Below are positions 24,509 to 25,583 of a stretch of 25,583 nt of DNA, piece by piece. The notes beneath the pieces were generated by a model. That model was not told the origin of the DNA. It made no database searches and saw only the letters and a program-made list of their open reading frames with translations. The DNA is from Gammaproteobacteria bacterium. GTDB taxonomy: Bacteria > Pseudomonadota > Gammaproteobacteria > UWMA-0217. Location of the stretch: contig DRPO01000178.1 of assembly GCA_011330835.1 (NCBI GenBank), forward strand, positions 1 to 25,583. The letters run 5' to 3'. How positions within the stretch are numbered: position 1 is the first letter of the stretch; each line of letters opens with the position of its first letter. The position numbers were made by a program, and so were the translations under genes.

Positions 24509-24767
24509 GCTTCGCCCCTTTTACACGCCCGCCTTCGCCGCCCATCCAACAGATACCTACCCCCGCCACCACCATTTACTGACGCCCTCGCCCGGCGACA
24601 GGCGGGGAACCACACCCAACTGTGGGTGAACAAATGGGTGCTGTATACCCAATTCTTGGAAGTATTCCGTCTCCCTCGTCGGCAATGGCACGGATCAGGC
24701 GCGTCGAATACAGACAATAGCTCACGAAACCGGCAGGATAGATACCACGCGCGGAAATAACCCACGC

Positions 24768-24783
24768 TGGCACGGGTTTTGCT
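24768..24783 (+). promoter_or_regulatory. sigma54 -24/-12 promoter for the single-domain response regulator
   Basis: TGGCACGGGTTTTGCT, exact consensus, 37 nt upstream of GTG 24821. Confidence 0.85.
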
Positions 24784-24820
24784 CCAGTACACGTAATCAG
24801 ACAATGAATGGAGCAAACGA

Positions 24821-25243
24821 GTGAGTATTCTCATCGTCGACGACAACGCCACGCTGCTGAGCAAGATCGTGCGCAGCCTGACACGGGCGAACCGCTCGGC
24901 GCGCGGCGCTTCCAGCCTCGCCCAGGCGCGCCAGTTGATGATGGAGAAACAACCCAGTGTACTCTGCCTCGATCTGCAGCTCGGGGACGGTAACGGGTTC
25001 GATCTACTGCGCGAGATCCGTCAAAGTGGCAGCAAGCTGCCCGTCGTCGTGATCAGCGGTTATCGCTCGGTGGAGAGCACACGGCGCGCTGAGCAGCTCG
25101 GCGCCGCGGTTTTTCTCACCAAACCCTTCGCGCTCTCCGAACTGCACGAGTGGGTAGTCAAGCTGCTGGACGCGCGGCCGAATGACAGGGGCGCGCAGGC
25201 CTCGGAACCCAACGATCCAGACACTGCATCAAACCGGAACTGA
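24821..25243 (+). CDS. Single-domain (CheY-like) response regulator
   Basis: GGAG RBS; IVDDN, phospho-Asp in LCLDLQL, VISG, FLTKPF; no output domain. Confidence 0.9.
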   Translation: MSILIVDDNATLLSKIVRSLTRANRSARGASSLAQARQLMMEKQPSVLCLDLQLGDGNGFDLLREIRQSGSKLPVVVISGYRSVESTRRAEQLGAAVFLTKPFALSELHEWVVKLLDARPNDRGAQASEPNDPDTASNRN

Positions 25244-25439
25244 AGGCTGTTTTCGTCGCCCCCACGCAACGTGATACCCACGGAACCTCGCACCACCCAC
25301 TACCTGCGTACAAGCCCTTCCTTTCCCTCTCGCAGTCCCTTCCCCACCCGGGGATAGCATCGCCGTCCTTCAAGCGTGGGCAACCATTCCGCGCTTCGAC
25401 GCGCGCCGGCTCTGGCCGACCATCTTGGTGGCAAACCCT

Positions 25440-25583
25440 CTAGGAGCCTGTCGGGTTTAACGCTGATCTACTGCGGAAAAGCCCTTTTGGCCCGTTTTCC
25501 CGTTCACTTTCGTTAAATAGAATGACTATTCGCCTCAAGTGAACGAAAAAACGGACTCAAAATGGCTTTCCCTCGCTACGATC
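25440..25583. mobile_element. MITE-like element, copy 2 (inverted relative to copy 1, truncated by the window edge)
   Basis: 144 bp matching the reverse complement of 21576..21719 with 3 mismatches found by eye; starts CTAGGAGCCTGTCGGGTTT. Confidence 0.9.

Noticed and set aside
1-25583. Frameshifts, in-frame stops or recoding in the cytochrome genes
   Set aside because: All called genes read through intact with plausible starts, and several have coupled ATGA/GTGA junctions; no pseudogene evidence.

Overview
High-GC, probably proteobacterial window (inferred from a cytochrome c5 domain and PrtI/PrtR-type ECF pairs) devoted almost entirely to an envelope electron-transfer system and its regulation. 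It encodes 11 c-type cytochrome genes with 38 CXXCH motifs counted by eye. Four carry a tetraheme domain whose motif skeleton matches, from memory, Geobacter OmcE (a filament-forming cytochrome): two tetrahemes, one pentaheme and the N-terminus of a larger multiheme truncated at the left edge. Five carry c7-type triheme domains and two are class I cytochromes. These come with an outer-membrane beta-barrel, a parvulin PPIase, three NHL beta-propeller lipoproteins, two paralogous helical proteins of unknown function and an NrfJ-like lipoprotein. The main leftward operon (10042 to <1) resembles in gene order the Uet-type porin-cytochrome clusters and in content the omcS-companion-type nanowire clusters (both recalled, not verified). 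Regulation is visible in the DNA: 7 GG-N10-GC sigma54 promoters in front of most transcription units, a sensor kinase plus sigma54 activator plus single-domain receiver, and two ECF sigma/anti-sigma pairs each preceded by GGAATA-N14-GTGTTTAT. The two-component module is bracketed by two inverted, nearly identical copies of a 167-bp palindromic MITE. All annotations are from reading the sequence; no searches were run.
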